Origin: the human T2T-CHM13v2.0 reference genome, Homo sapiens
Reading direction: 5' to 3' (one strand)
Assembly (NCBI RefSeq): GCF_009914755.1
Contig: NC_060938.1
Length of the DNA stretch: 64,000 nucleotides
A program made the position numbers and the translations under genes. Shown in pieces: positions 42,421-58,297 of the stretch (position 1 is the first letter of the stretch; each line of letters begins with the position of its first letter). The notes beneath the pieces were generated by a model. That model had not been told where the DNA came from and made no database searches. It was given only the letters and a program-made list of their open reading frames with translations.

Positions 42421-42599
42421 CTGACTTACACATGAAAGAAAAATAGATTATGAAAAAATAGAAATAATGTTAACACAGTAGCTGAAATTCTTACTAGATG
42501 CATTGAAAAATGGAATATAACTTGAAGTCCATTTGAACAGAAATAGGCTATTTTAATTATTTAATGCCTGTTTATCCTAATAACCATTTGATCATATTT

Positions 42600-44950
<2,351 letters not shown>

Positions 44951-45075
44951 TGCTTTATTATTTGATATCATTAAATTTATTTATATGGTTAATTGGTTAA
45001 AAGGCTTTTCTTTTTTTTCCCAAAACCTTAAACATCTCATGGGATATATCTCTTGAGTTTATTTAAAATAATCCA

Positions 45076-45508
45076 TATTAGTTTCCTAAGGCTGCTGTAA
45101 CAAATTATTACAAACGAAGTGGCTTAAGACAACAGTAATTTTTTTCGCTCATAGCTCTTGAGGCTTTAAGTCTGAAATCAGTGTTAGTAAGGTTATGATC
45201 CCTCTGAAGCCTCAAAGGAAGACTCCTTCCTTTTTTCTTCCTACCTTATTGTTGGCTCACAGCAGTCCTTGACATTCGTTCGGTAATACTCAAAACACTC
45301 TAATATCTGCCCATATCTTCACATGGCTTTCTTCTCTGTGAGCCCTCTTTTATAAGGGCACTAGTCATTGAACTCAGGGCCTCTCTTAATCCGGTATCTT
45401 CTCATCTTACCTAATCACATACGCAAAGGCACTATTTCCAAATAAACTTACATTCTGAGGTTCTACGTGGACGTGAATATTGGGGAAACACTCTTCAACC
45501 CGTTGTGT
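45076..45508 (-). mobile_element. MLT1B/C solo LTR
   Basis: 'tagtttcctaaggctgctgtaacaaat'...'tttccaaataaacttacattctgaggttct...ggggaaacactcttcaaccc'. Confidence 0.87.
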
Positions 45509-46442
45509 AGCTGATAAAATCTTACTGATCGGGCATCTTGTCTGTATACAGATGAAAATAATATTATTGAAAAGAAATTTAAAAGCACTTGGGGTCAATA
45601 TATTTACTCTAGACCATCCATGTTTATTGTATTAGCCAATAAAGTAATTAATTTTAAAATAATGCAAAAGAATTGGCATGGCTTTAGTTTAGAATTCATT
45701 ATACTGTCAAAAATGTAAAATTATTCAAACTGGTTTGTAAATGCCAATGGGACATAAGTCAAAAACATGTTAAAGTTGTGCTTAGAATTTGTTCATTTTA
45801 TTTGCTCAGAATTTGATAAGGAAAAGAAGCTGTTATGGTATTCCAGATATAAGGGTGTTGATGTTAATTAGTGCTTACATATTCCCTTTAAGAGCTGAAG
45901 GAGTAAAGTCCAGGAAAACTATCACTGAAGGTCATAGGAGAATTGCCATCAATGGTCACAGGAGCTGGCACTAATAATTTCAGCCTGAAGCACCAAAGTG
46001 TGTGGTTCTCAAGAGCTTGCTGGAAGCCTCTGTGATTCTTTGCCTGCAAGCCTGGCTGTGATCACCTCAAGGAAATAATGACTTTTTTTCACTTCTGCCT
46101 TTCAAGTTTAACATGAGCTCCTCTTATGGGCATTTTTCAAGCCACAAGCATATGAGGAAGATAAATCTGGGAAACAGTTTCCATCCCTCTAAGAAGTGTT
46201 GGTGGTGCCAAGTTAACAGTAGGAAATCTAGTGTATTTGGTGTCATGTAGATTAAACAAAGGGTGGACAGGGCTTTTGGTTACTGGGCTCTTGGTCATTC
46301 TTTGTGCTTTTACAAACTGTAAAGAAACAGTTGAGAATCTTACTCTTGGTGGCTAAATCAAACAGACACATTTATTTTAAATCAAACATTCAATATTTTG
46401 CTGTTTGAAATACTATTCTATATGCTGAACCCTTCAAAGTGA

Positions 46443-46787
<345 letters not shown>

Positions 46788-47958
46788 TAAAGTGTGTAAT
46801 TCCTTTCTGTATTCTCACAATTCTATTTGTAGACATGCAATGAGACAATAAGAGCTATGACACACTAGTCATAAGACATCTTTGATATTTATACAATTTC
46901 AGGGCATCTATTTGCTGAAGTGTAATCATTATCAACAAAATTATAATTAATATTTATTATATACACTTACTATGTACTAGTCACTTACGGCTTACTATGT
47001 ACTAGTCACTTATTTATGGTCCCATAAATAAGCCAATGGCTTATTTAATTTATATATACTGAATTTCAAACCTACCTTTTTGTTATGAAGGTTGGGAGGA
47101 TGGTAAAAAATAAAATGAACTTAAATGACAGTGGAATTAATCTTTCTATTTATTGGAGATAGAACTACTATTCATTAAATTGCAGAGCTTCTGTTGTAAT
47201 GAGTTAAAGGGTGAGATTGCCAAATATAATTTAATGAAACTCTTCTTAAAAGAAATCTTGTGAGGAATGTGTCTAAAATAATTATATTAAGGTTTATTTA
47301 TTCAAGAGTTTGTTTATTATATACCCATTCTTTTACAAACTGAACAAATTCATTCTACCTGTTCTAGATAAAGAACTCTTATTCAGTTCATTTTATCCTG
47401 GTAAAGAGAGAAGAGACTCAAATCATAAAAGAAATTTAACTTCTTATTTTGAGGTCTTGCCCTTAGTGGAATATAAACAGCTGCTTTTAGCAGAGGAAAG
47501 TGAAGAGCTCTCATAAGCTAATGTCAGGTATGTCGGTTTAACTGGAAATGTTCAAATCTTACTAGACTGTAAATAAGGAGATCCTATAGCATAGTAATTG
47601 AGTTAACGTTAGCCTTTCACCTTCATGGCTTGGGGATATATCTGACCAAGGTTAAGAGAAAGAAATTCTATTAATTTTTCAGGTGCCTACTGGTCTTTGA
47701 CCCGAAATTGCATTAGCCCCCACTTTGCTTAGAAATGGCTTATAGTTAGATGATTCTAAACATGTTGAGTCAATTTTAAAATCATTCATAATGTACTGAC
47801 AGTAGAAAGTATTAAGAAATTGAGGAACATGAATTCAAAGCTCATCATGCACTTTTAAAGCATATTTTTAAATGAATTTAGAAACATAATTACTCAACAG
47901 AATTTAAAGGTAAGTTTCTAGCAAATATAATGTATCATTTTATTGTATTGTTTTATAG

Positions 47959-48285
<327 letters not shown>

Positions 48286-48329
48286 GTAATATTTAATTTA
48301 ATGGGTAGAAGGTATCAAATAAATGCCTG

Positions 48330-49420
48330 CAACAAAGGACATATGAACCAACAAGTAAGAGGAGAATAAAATGGACTAAAATCACATGTGAATATCTTCA
48401 AAGTTATATGTTATCAAATAAATGCAAATTTAACCCAAAGGAAATACTGTGTTTTAACAACAAGCTAATAATAACACTCACTGGTATCTGAAGTTATAAA
48501 ATACTCACTGGTACCTGAAATTATAAAAACAACCAGTTTCATAAACGATTTTTATAAACTACTGAAATCCGTACTCAAAAATGTTAAAACCTTTTGAAAA
48601 AGTAATGTAACAGTATATATCAACATAAATTGAAAATTTCATACTCTTTACCAAACTACTTTTAATAGGGAATTTTCTTAGTTAAACTATCCGGAATACA
48701 TACATATATGTGCGTGATACTGACACACACCCACCCCCGCCACACACATATGTAATGTTTGATTCAACGTTATTATAATGTTAAAAGCATGCAACCCCCT
48801 AAATGTTCAAGAGAAAATTAAAATTAGTTAGTGTACGTTTATACAATAAGGTATGTTGCAGCAAATAACAAGGAGTTAAAAATATTTAATAAAAAGAAAA
48901 AATACTGGTAATACAATAATCACTATAAAATGTAGAATAAAAATTACTTAAAATTGGGTGCAGTGGCTCACACCTATAATCCCAGAACTTTGGGAGGCCC
49001 AGGTGGGAGGACCAGGTGGGAGGACCACTTGAAGTCAGGAGTTTGAGAGCAGTCTGGGTAACATAGCAAGATCTCATCTCTATTAATCTTTTTTAATTAG
49101 CTAGGCATGGTGGTGCATACCTATAGTTCAAGCTACTTGGGAGCTGAGGTGGGAGGATCTCTTGAACTCCAGAATTTAAGGCTGCAGTGAGCTGTGATGC
49201 TGCCACTGCACTCCTGCCTGGATGACAGAGCAAGACCCTATCTCAAAAAATAAGATAAAATAAAATAAAAAATAAATAAAAATAAAAATAACTTGAAAAA
49301 CATGATCTCAAATTTGTATATAGAAGAATTCAGCCTCTTTTAGAAAAAAACTAAAGGCAGCCAATTAAATTTTTAATAGTTACTATCTCTGATTTGCCAG
49401 ATTTTAGAAATGTTTACACT
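48330..49420 (+). mobile_element. Degraded L1ME 3' region
   Basis: 'aaaggacatatgaac', 'atcaaataaatgcaaatt', 'ccttttgaaaagtaat', 'ccctaaatgttcaa'. Confidence 0.55.
48952..49290 (+). mobile_element. AluJ with a 13-bp internal duplication
   Basis: AluJ diagnostics; 'caggtgggaggac' twice; (TAAAA)n tail; TSD-like aataaaattacttaaaa/aataaaataacttgaaaa. Confidence 0.93.
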
Positions 49421-50981
49421 TTCTATTTTGTTTCAGAATGCCCCATTAGCTGAACTAAATATCAAATGTAGCATGATACTTTTGGAAAATGTACGTGTAG
49501 CAGCAGGTGAAATTTTATCAAAATTAGTCAACTCAAAATAAGGGTTATCATGCCAAAAAGAGTGAGTAATGTTTCATAAATAAGATTACATTTTCTTTAT
49601 TCTAAATTTATTATAAACTAAGTTAAGTTTATAAATTATAAGCTAAGTCCAAAAACTGTAATTTTTTTTGGTTCATTTTGTATATTCAGTTTTGCTTTTC
49701 ACATATGTGGGAGAATTCTTTGCCCTCCCATCCCTCCTTAACTCAAGAGTTGCATAACAAACTTAGAGTGAGCTTCTACTATTTCAAAGACAAAGACTGC
49801 TAATTTTAAAAAAGGATAAATCAGACTCCATGACTAATTCAACCATGTATTTTGGTGAGGCACAGGACAATTTTCTTCTCATACAGCAGAGGGTATATTG
49901 ATATTATGGTTAAATAAGTGCTATTAGCCACAACTAAGAGTGGCATGGCACTAATTATGATGCTTCCAATAATATATTTTATATCTAGTTTGCAGACATG
50001 AACTACCCAGGACTCAGGATACAGATTAGAAGGTCAGAAGCCAACAGTACATCTGGGTAAAGGACTCCATAATGATTTTTAAAATTACATTTACTCCTTT
50101 CACCTCTGATTCAATCACTGGAGAATAATAAACCTGTAAAGGAACTCACATGTATTTTCCATATTTAGCCATCAAGAACATTAACTGCTGAAATGGCAGT
50201 AGTGATGATATTAATGACAACTCTTGAAAAAGAAGAAGTGGGCATGGAGAGTGGGTATAAGAAGAACAGTGTAAGCCAGAAAAACAGAAAACTCCTTTTA
50301 CTTTTTCACCTCTTGACATAAGATTTTGAGAACATGGATAAAAGGGAGTTGGGAAAGAGGGGTCTCCATTGTAAAAAGGGTGATTGAAAGAGTCCAGAAA
50401 AGACTTTTCTGGAGAGGAGAATGCTTTTCCAGCATATGCATATTTGAAAAGCTCCTTTTATCTTTTCTGTACCTCAGAGGGCTTTTCAAACAGCTCAAGA
50501 AACTGCCTGGATGCACTTACCTGGTAACAGGTGGACAAAATTAGACATTAGTCTCAGAATGTCACTGCATATTATGTTTCCAGTCTGCTCTTCTAGTTTT
50601 AGCAAGTCAGCTGCAATGAGAGTGCAAAACAAACACATTTTAGTCTGTCTCTGATTAAACTAATGATAAACCAATAACTGCTGTTAGGAAAAGAAAAAAG
50701 AAAAAAACCCTAAAGTTCATGCTGTCAGGACGCATTCTATCTGCAATTAAAGATTTTCACGCCTGATAAGATTTCACTTAAAGCAAAGATTAAGCCATAT
50801 GTCACTTTAGTCATTGATATTTTAATTTGCATATGCTGATCTCATGTATAGGAAACTGTTCTAAATCAGTAGAGTAGGTGGTACTTAGTAATTCAAAGGA
50901 AATGCAGATTGGTAGTCAAATGATTTATACCAAATCGATTTTACAGAAACCCAAATGTTGTTGTGATTGATTTTGCCCTCT

Positions 50982-51186
50982 GTTCATGCAATTCTCCTGC
51001 CTCAGCCTCCCCAGTAGCTAGGATTACAGGCGTGTGTCACCACCCCAGGATAATTTCTGTATTTTTAGTAAAGATGGGGTTTCACCATGTTGGCCAGGCT
51101 GGTCTCAAACTCCTGACTTCAGGTGACCTGCCTGCCTCGGCCTCCCAAAGTGCAGGGATTAGAGGCATGAGCCACCATACCTGGCC
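50982..51186 (-). mobile_element. 3'-truncated AluS (no tail)
   Basis: Only the 5' ~205 nt of the Alu are present; begins abruptly at 'gttcatgcaattctcc'. Confidence 0.9.
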
Positions 51187-52830
51187 AGTGCTCTCTTTCT
51201 TTGAGTCCTGTGCCTAACCACTTCCCACCAGAGCTGATAAAATGGGAGATGATGTGGTGCTCCTGGTAGAACATGTGCACCCATTCCATGCATCCATTCA
51301 TGCTTCCATTTATCCATCCATCTATCTACCCATCCATCCATGTACCCAACCAACCAATATGTATTGAGAGCATATTCTCTTCCAAACATCATCAGAGTTA
51401 GTGGTTGGAGATGAAAAAAAAATAAATAAAACACAATTAATTAGAAGACTTATTTAAGGTAAAACTGCTTCTATAGAAGGCTGGACAATGCAATGAGAAA
51501 AGAAATGTGGCACAAGCAGATCACCTCAACAGTTCAGATCTGCACTAGTGTTAGCAAATGTCCAATTACAGAAAAAATAAAGGGTTCTATGTTTTTAGCT
51601 GATGAAGCTATAACAACTTACAAAGTTTGGGGTTTCTGGCTGTTTGAGAGAGGTCTGCTTTTTATTTTACTACCCAAACATGGAATTCATCTCCCAAGAG
51701 ATGAGAAAAGGGCTGCCATATTCCTCTCAACCCTAGAGGCCATAGTCTGTCAAAAACAATGTTGACATGTTTATACCTCCAGTGATAAATCATAAATTTA
51801 AAATATAGGTACATATATGCATGTTCTTATACTCATGTATCTATGTGTGTGTATATCTATTTAAATGTATTCACCAAATATTTACGTGCATACCTGAATG
51901 TAATAAATAATGTTCCCTGAATGTCTTAAAGCATGATTTCAAAGTGTTAAACTTGAGGAAAATATGATTGTTTTTAAAACCATCCTTAACTAATAAATGC
52001 TTTTCTTTGGCCTCTCCATGTTTAGTTATATAATTAAGAATAATGGGCTCACTCATGCACTTACTTGGTTCTGTATGGCTTCATTAATAGAAAGTGCATG
52101 CTGTTTTATGTAATAAAGTTGTGTATACAATCCTCACAACATTCATGTTTTCACAATTTCCTTTATTTGCATATGCAAATAAAAAAAAACAGGCAAAAAG
52201 ATGAAAACCTACTAACACTATCATAGACCCTACAAAATATGATTTTGTTTTTCCCTCAAGAACGTATGACAAAGAAACGCTTTCCCCATTGGCAGAATGA
52301 GAAGTACGCTGATCTTTTTCTGTTTAGACACCTGTGTTTTCCTGTATTGATGAAGTCTGAGCTGTTGTCCTTAATACTAAGCAAACTTTAATTCAGTATG
52401 ACCTCCAGCTGGTCTGCTTTCTAATCTGTAAAAATGCCAACCATAAAATCCCTTACTAAAAGACCTCTGTTGGGGGAAAAAAATAGCCACCTCATAGTCA
52501 GGATAAATGGTGCAAAAGAATACCAAAGACAGTTCCTATATATCAAAGACCAAGTAGGCACAGAAACATTGGTAACAGCTTGTTCCAAACCAAGTCTGAT
52601 GGTCAAACATTTGCAACAAGAATTTTTTTCTTAAAATATTAATTCATTTTACTATTAAGTAATGCATAATTATAGTAGGAAATGTAGAAAATACAGAAAA
52701 GTAGAAAGGAAAAAAATCATCATTTAATTCCAACAGGCAGAGAAATCCATTATAAATGTATATGTGTGTGTATATAGATATATGCATCTAGTATAGAAAT
52801 ATATGTTTTATATATATATATATATAATGC

Positions 52831-53057
52831 CAGGAGTATCTGGCTCACAAGGTTGGCTAGAAGTATCAGGCAATGACAGCTACCCTGGAGGAGAAGAGAA
52901 ATGAGAAGACCAAATTCCACTACCATAAGAAACAGCTCATGAGGCTACGGAAACAGGCCGAAAAGAACTTGGAGAAGAAAATTGACCAACACACAGAGGT
53001 CCTCAAGACCCTTGGACTCCTGGTCTGAGCCCACTAAAGACTGTTTATTCCTCATAC
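52831..53057 (+). pseudogene. RPL13A: Processed RPL13A pseudogene, 3' fragment
   Basis: 52840-53028 translates [61 protein letters not shown], matching the RPL13A C-terminus; followed by RPL13A-like 3'UTR 'gcccactaaagactgtttattcctcat'; in-frame TAG at 52858, one codon deleted, no intron. Confidence 0.93.
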
Positions 53058-53080
53058 ACAGGAATTTTTACAATTTAATA

Positions 53081-53445
53081 TGATATGGTTTGGCTCTGCC
53101 CCAAATCTCATCTTGAATTGTAGTTCCCATAATTCCACCCATGTAGTGTGAGGGACCCTGTGGGAAGGGACTGAATCATGGGGGCAGTTCCTCTATGCTG
53201 GTCTCAAGATAGCGAGTGAGTTCTCATGAGATCTGATGGTTTTATAAGTGCCTGGCATTTCCCCTGCTTGCACTCATTCCCTCCTGCTGCCCTGTGAGGA
53301 AAGTGAATGCTTCTCCTTTGCCTTCCACCATGATCGTAAGTCTCCTGAGGCCTCCCCAGCAATGCAAAGTCAATTAAACCTCTTTTCTTTATAAAATACC
53401 TGCCATTGGACAGTTCTTTATAGCAGTGTGAGATGGATTAATACA
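53081..53445 (+). mobile_element. THE1C/D solo LTR
   Basis: 'tgatatggtttggctct...gagatctgatggttttataag...caattaaacctcttttctttataaa...taataca'. Confidence 0.92.
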
Positions 53446-53860
53446 ATATATTTGCCCATTTGTCAAATGTTTTCTGTATTTGTCTCACATTTTTTAGTAA
53501 AGTATTTCTTTTCCAAAAGACTTAATAATGCAATTGTTGAAAGACTTTAAAAAGGATACTACAAAAATTAAGTAGTTAGTGAGGCAAATTTAGAAATACC
53601 AAGTAAAGAGAACTGCATGTTGATTTCTAGTTTTAAGATTTATATGGTAAAATCTATTATTGGCTCATGATCTCTCATCTCCGTTACATTTGGAAGCACG
53701 ATTATCCTCTCTGTTGGGCAATGACTTCTTCCCCATTCTTTCCCTCTATGTCAAGTCATTCTCTGTCTCCTGATATGACTTACAGATAAGTTTTCCATCA
53801 TCTCTATTGCTTTCACCATCCTATTTCTTTCCCTCCTTAGACCCTACTGGTCTTACCAGT

Positions 53861-53992
53861 ACATTTACTTTCCTTGTTCCTTGCCTTGTCTTCTTCACAG
53901 AGTTACCAGAGTGATAAGGAGAACACAGACATTTACTTTCCTTATTCCTTGCCTTGTCTTCTTCAGAGTTACCAGAGTGATAAGGAGAACAC
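53861..53992. repeat. 68-bp tandem duplication
   Basis: Copies at 53861 and 53929 differ by one substitution and a 2-bp deletion. Confidence 0.95.
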
Positions 53993-56900
53993 CTGAAAAG
54001 GTCTCTAAAGCATATCAATGCCTTCCCGCTTCCAAAATGCTAAATTTCTTCAGATGGCAACAGACTTTTAATAATCTAGCCCTTGCCTACCTTTGTAACT
54101 TTATTTTCATAGTTCTCTGAATTTCACCTTTTATAGTAGAACGTCATTGAACTGAGTGTAATTCCATGTCTGGTTTAGTTACTCATTCTTAAATGGCCAT
54201 CTCTCCACTTGCTTTTATTATTTTTATTACTTCTTTTCAAGAGTGAGCTGAAAGTAAACCCTCTCTGATTTACTTCACATTAAATTTTAGTTAAATTGCC
54301 TTCCTATGTGTTCTTATAATGTCAAGTGCATCCCTATCACTGAATTTTGAGCTTGGATGTCTGAGCATTTTGAAAGCATGGATTTGTTTCATTTGTTTTC
54401 ACAATTACAAGTAAGAGTTTCTTGAAAGAATGGATTTCTTCATTCTGTATTTTATAAGGTATATTTTCTATTAGTCTTTAATTAATAAATAAAATTGTTA
54501 GAGAAAACTCTACCTACAGTGAAAAGAAAAGACCACAATTCAACATCTGAAAGAAAAATCCGAAATATAGTACTTGATATCTAAGGGAGATCCAGGCTTG
54601 TGTGTAATACTTTCTCTTAATGAAGCAAGTAACGTATATAGCACAATTGGAGTTGAAGAATTTATGATCTTTCAGAAGCAAGAACGTGGTTCCTGGAGTC
54701 AGCTGTTGCTGATAGGTTGACTTTCAAGCCATGGGCTTTTGGAAGTACGGTAAACTTTGTGAAGTCATCACAACTGATTAGGATTTAAAATCAGTAAATT
54801 CTCAATTCTGGTGATTATCTATTGCTATGGTTCAAAGTCAACCAGCCTTTTCCTCTCTTGAGTAGATGACTGTTTTATTCTCACTACTGAAAATGTCTTT
54901 TTCTTTTTTACACCTGCTTAATAATATCAAAGTCTGTGCTTTCAGTATTTTACTTATAGGTAATCTTCATCTATACACTTTGATAAGTTTCCCAAAGATA
55001 GCTAAATGGGTGATAATGACTCTATTTTGCTTTGTATACTTAAATGCAGTATTACTACATTTTAAGAATGTAAGTAATAATGTGTTTACAGCTAATTCAG
55101 GTTACATCTCTTCATTATATTCTTTTATTTGGTGAGGTTTTATTGTTTGCCCATTGTTGTTATTTGTTGTTGTTTTTACCCTCAATACAAACCTACGTTT
55201 CTACTTGTCTCTATGTTTTTATTTGTTGTTATTGTTCCTCAATAGAAACCTCCATTTCTACTTGTCCCAGTGTTTTCATTGGTCACTTGCAGCAGAACTG
55301 ACATGTTCCTCACTCTTATTTTTTAATGACCGTATCCTCCATGTGAGGCTCACCTCTCCAGTAACTCATGCTTCTTACTTTTACAATTCACCTAAACGTG
55401 ATTTTCTTGTGAGGCTTTCCTAGGCTAAGCCAACTCAATCATATGTAATGTAGCACAAAACTTTTGGTAGCGAGAGAAACATGAAGCAGAGATAATCACA
55501 TTTGAAAGAACTGCTGCAATTGGAAACTTTTGAGAAATCCATTATTACCATTTGAAATCATAAATTCAAGATTTGTTGCCATTTAGGAAATCTTTTAATT
55601 TGTTATTCTTACTTTTATCATTTTGTTGAATTTACTATTGAATTTGCCATTCAAGATCTCTTGGTTGTGCTACAAATAAAATGTGGGATTTGGAACAAAA
55701 CAAGGGAAAAAGTCTTTAGTAAATCTCATACTTAGATGTTTTTCATTTTTGCACTTATATTTCAAAAAAGAAAACTTTTTATGCATGAGGTCTAGAATGG
55801 ATACTTTTTGTTAACCTGTAAGTCAAGATCTGGAAGGCTTTCTCAGCCTTAGACAACCAAAATAACCCAAACCATCTTCTAAAATATAACAAGTGTATTT
55901 ACTTACAACAGAGTCATTCCACTTAATAAGACAAGAATTACAAGGCAAAAATCGAGAGGTCCTATTAATTCAGAAAATCTGTTTTGTAATTCTTCCAGCT
56001 ACAGAAATGTGTGTATTCCATCGTGATTTAGTTTTCTTTTAAAGCAAATAAATTTTAATAAATTAATCAACATACATGGCTTCAAAAGTCATCGAGGGCA
56101 AATTTTGAATATGGATTCTTGCTTTGCTGCTTTTTTGCATCTCTGGGAAAAATGCATGTGAAGAAATTGAAATTATCTTTTAAGCAAAATGTGAACACTA
56201 TTGGCATTTTTCTCTTCCTGTCTCTATACTGGGATGGTGAGATTTGACAAGCCTAATTTAACTTGTGTTAATCTCCTCCACATAGAGTTTGGTGGTTCTA
56301 ACTTTATTCCTTGCTCACAAGCAAGGAGAAATGCACGCTATTTGATACTAACTCCCTGAAAAACTTGAATTGTTTAGGTTTATCTATGGTACCCGTTGAT
56401 ATGTTCATAATGTAGGCCCTTCATCTGCCACTAAAATGAGGCTGAAATTAGTTTGATCACATAATAAATTCACATAATGCTTCCCTCCCTTCCCCTAGAC
56501 ACCACTCGACAGAAAAAGCAAATTTGAAACAGGTTCAAGTTTGATGTCTTTAATAAGATGCCCCAAAAAGCAAATGGTTACCTCAGTTTGTCCAAATTAT
56601 TTTCCACCAAAATGCAACATAATCTTGAATGTATGAAAGAATGTCTTTTCGCCCACGATTTTCACACATGCTGTGCCCTAAGGAGGAAAGATGAAAAGGA
56701 TGAGGGTGAGAAGTCCGGGATCTGTTAGTTCCCTCACTTGGAAAAGCCTCAAATCAAGAAAATGACACGTAGCTTCTTTTACAGTGGGATCAAAAGAAAC
56801 CTACAGACAGCTGTGTTTGCATGCACGTGTGTTTTTTTAAGCAAGTTTATAGTTTGAATTTTAGATCTTGAAGACCAGATGTTGGTGATAATAAGAAACT

Positions 56901-57731
56901 CCCACATGTCCTTGAGAGGAAGAATGAAGACAAAAAAGGTACTTTACCAACTGGAAGTACATTTATTAAAAATAAATCATAAACCACAATACTAGAATAT
57001 TACACAATAAACAGTCATTTAAAAAATTAACTCTGGGTTCCAAAAAGTTTATAGTCAGAGACAGATATGAAAGATAGGAGGCTATTCGTCATAATTTAAG
57101 CAGGTGAGCAGAGTGGTCAGTGAGCTTGGTGTGCAACTTGCGCATAGAAAAAGACACATTTAACATTTTATTTGTTTGTTTGTTTGGGGTTTTTTACTAC
57201 CAAAGAAGGAAAAAGATTTGTTAAGATTAGCAGAGCTATCTTTCATATTTAGGGAGTGGCATGAGAGAAACTGGGAAGTGGGAGAGAGAAAGAAAATAAA
57301 ATGACATGCTTACAGTAATGGAGTTGCAAAGGAGAAATATGACAGATGGAAGATAAAATGGAAGCAGTGTTTGAAAGATAAGAGTATCAAACCCCACAAA
57401 GGATCAAGAGTTCGAATACTAACACCTTTGATATATATATATAGCATGGCTAGTTTTAAGATGGAAACAAAGAAATAACTATTTTCTGAAACCTTAACAG
57501 TAATTTTTGTTTCCTCTCTTAAAAATATTCAATGTATCCTTACCTAATTCAATCATCAGTATAACTCAAAAATGAAGAAAACATATAGTAAAAAATACTC
57601 CTGGAATATATTACAATTTTAATTAGTATCACACCCTTATAGCTTCACTTTGTCTTTCCTTGTGTGCATATAAAATATCTGTGAAAATATGCCTCTTGGT
57701 GAATTAAAAAATTGCCATGTAAAACTATTTT

Positions 57732-57853
57732 TAATGCTAGACGACACGTTAGTGGGTGCAGCGCACCAGCATGGCACATGTATACATATGTAACTAACCT
57801 GCACAATGTGCACATGTACCCTAAAACTTAAAGTATAATAAAAAAAAAAAAAA
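57732..57853 (+). mobile_element. Very young L1 (L1HS/L1PA2-class, ACG/A) 3'-terminal fragment
   Basis: Near-perfect L1HS 3' end; ACG at 57746-57748, A at 57831; CpGs intact; poly-A follows. Confidence 0.93.
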
Positions 57854-58297
57854 CATTATTCCAAAAAAAAATAAATAAAAAATAAAACTGTAATAAAATG
57901 AAAAAAAAAATTATAATATTTTCATTGGAGGCCTGAATTCGGAATGAATTATTCACCCAAAATTATGTCACTGTTTCACTTAGGAGCTAGAGAGAAAACA
58001 GCACTCTTCAGTAAGCACAAGTCAATACACTTGATTTTATGTGTTTCCAGCATCATTAGCTTTGTTTGTCAAACTAGCTCCTATAACTCTCTGAGCTTCA
58101 GTTTTGATATTTCTCGGTTTGCTTAAAGGACACTGTATATACCAAGCAAATTTGTTGCAAAGAGTAAGGTTTTTAAAAAATCCGTGAAAGTGCCTTGGAA
58201 GCAGAAACCATTGTTATATTAATAACATTACTTATAAGGCACTTTAAAAATAACAAAGAAGAATAGTCACATATTTATTGAGTAGCTTTCATGGGAT

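Noticed and set aside
45820-46230. Possible ancient ERVL LTR (also a possible DNA transposon relic near 59660-59780)
   Set aside because: Similarity too weak to assign a family or boundaries by eye
49611-49634. 9-bp inverted repeat ttataaact...agtttataa
   Set aside because: Short and AT-rich; expected by chance
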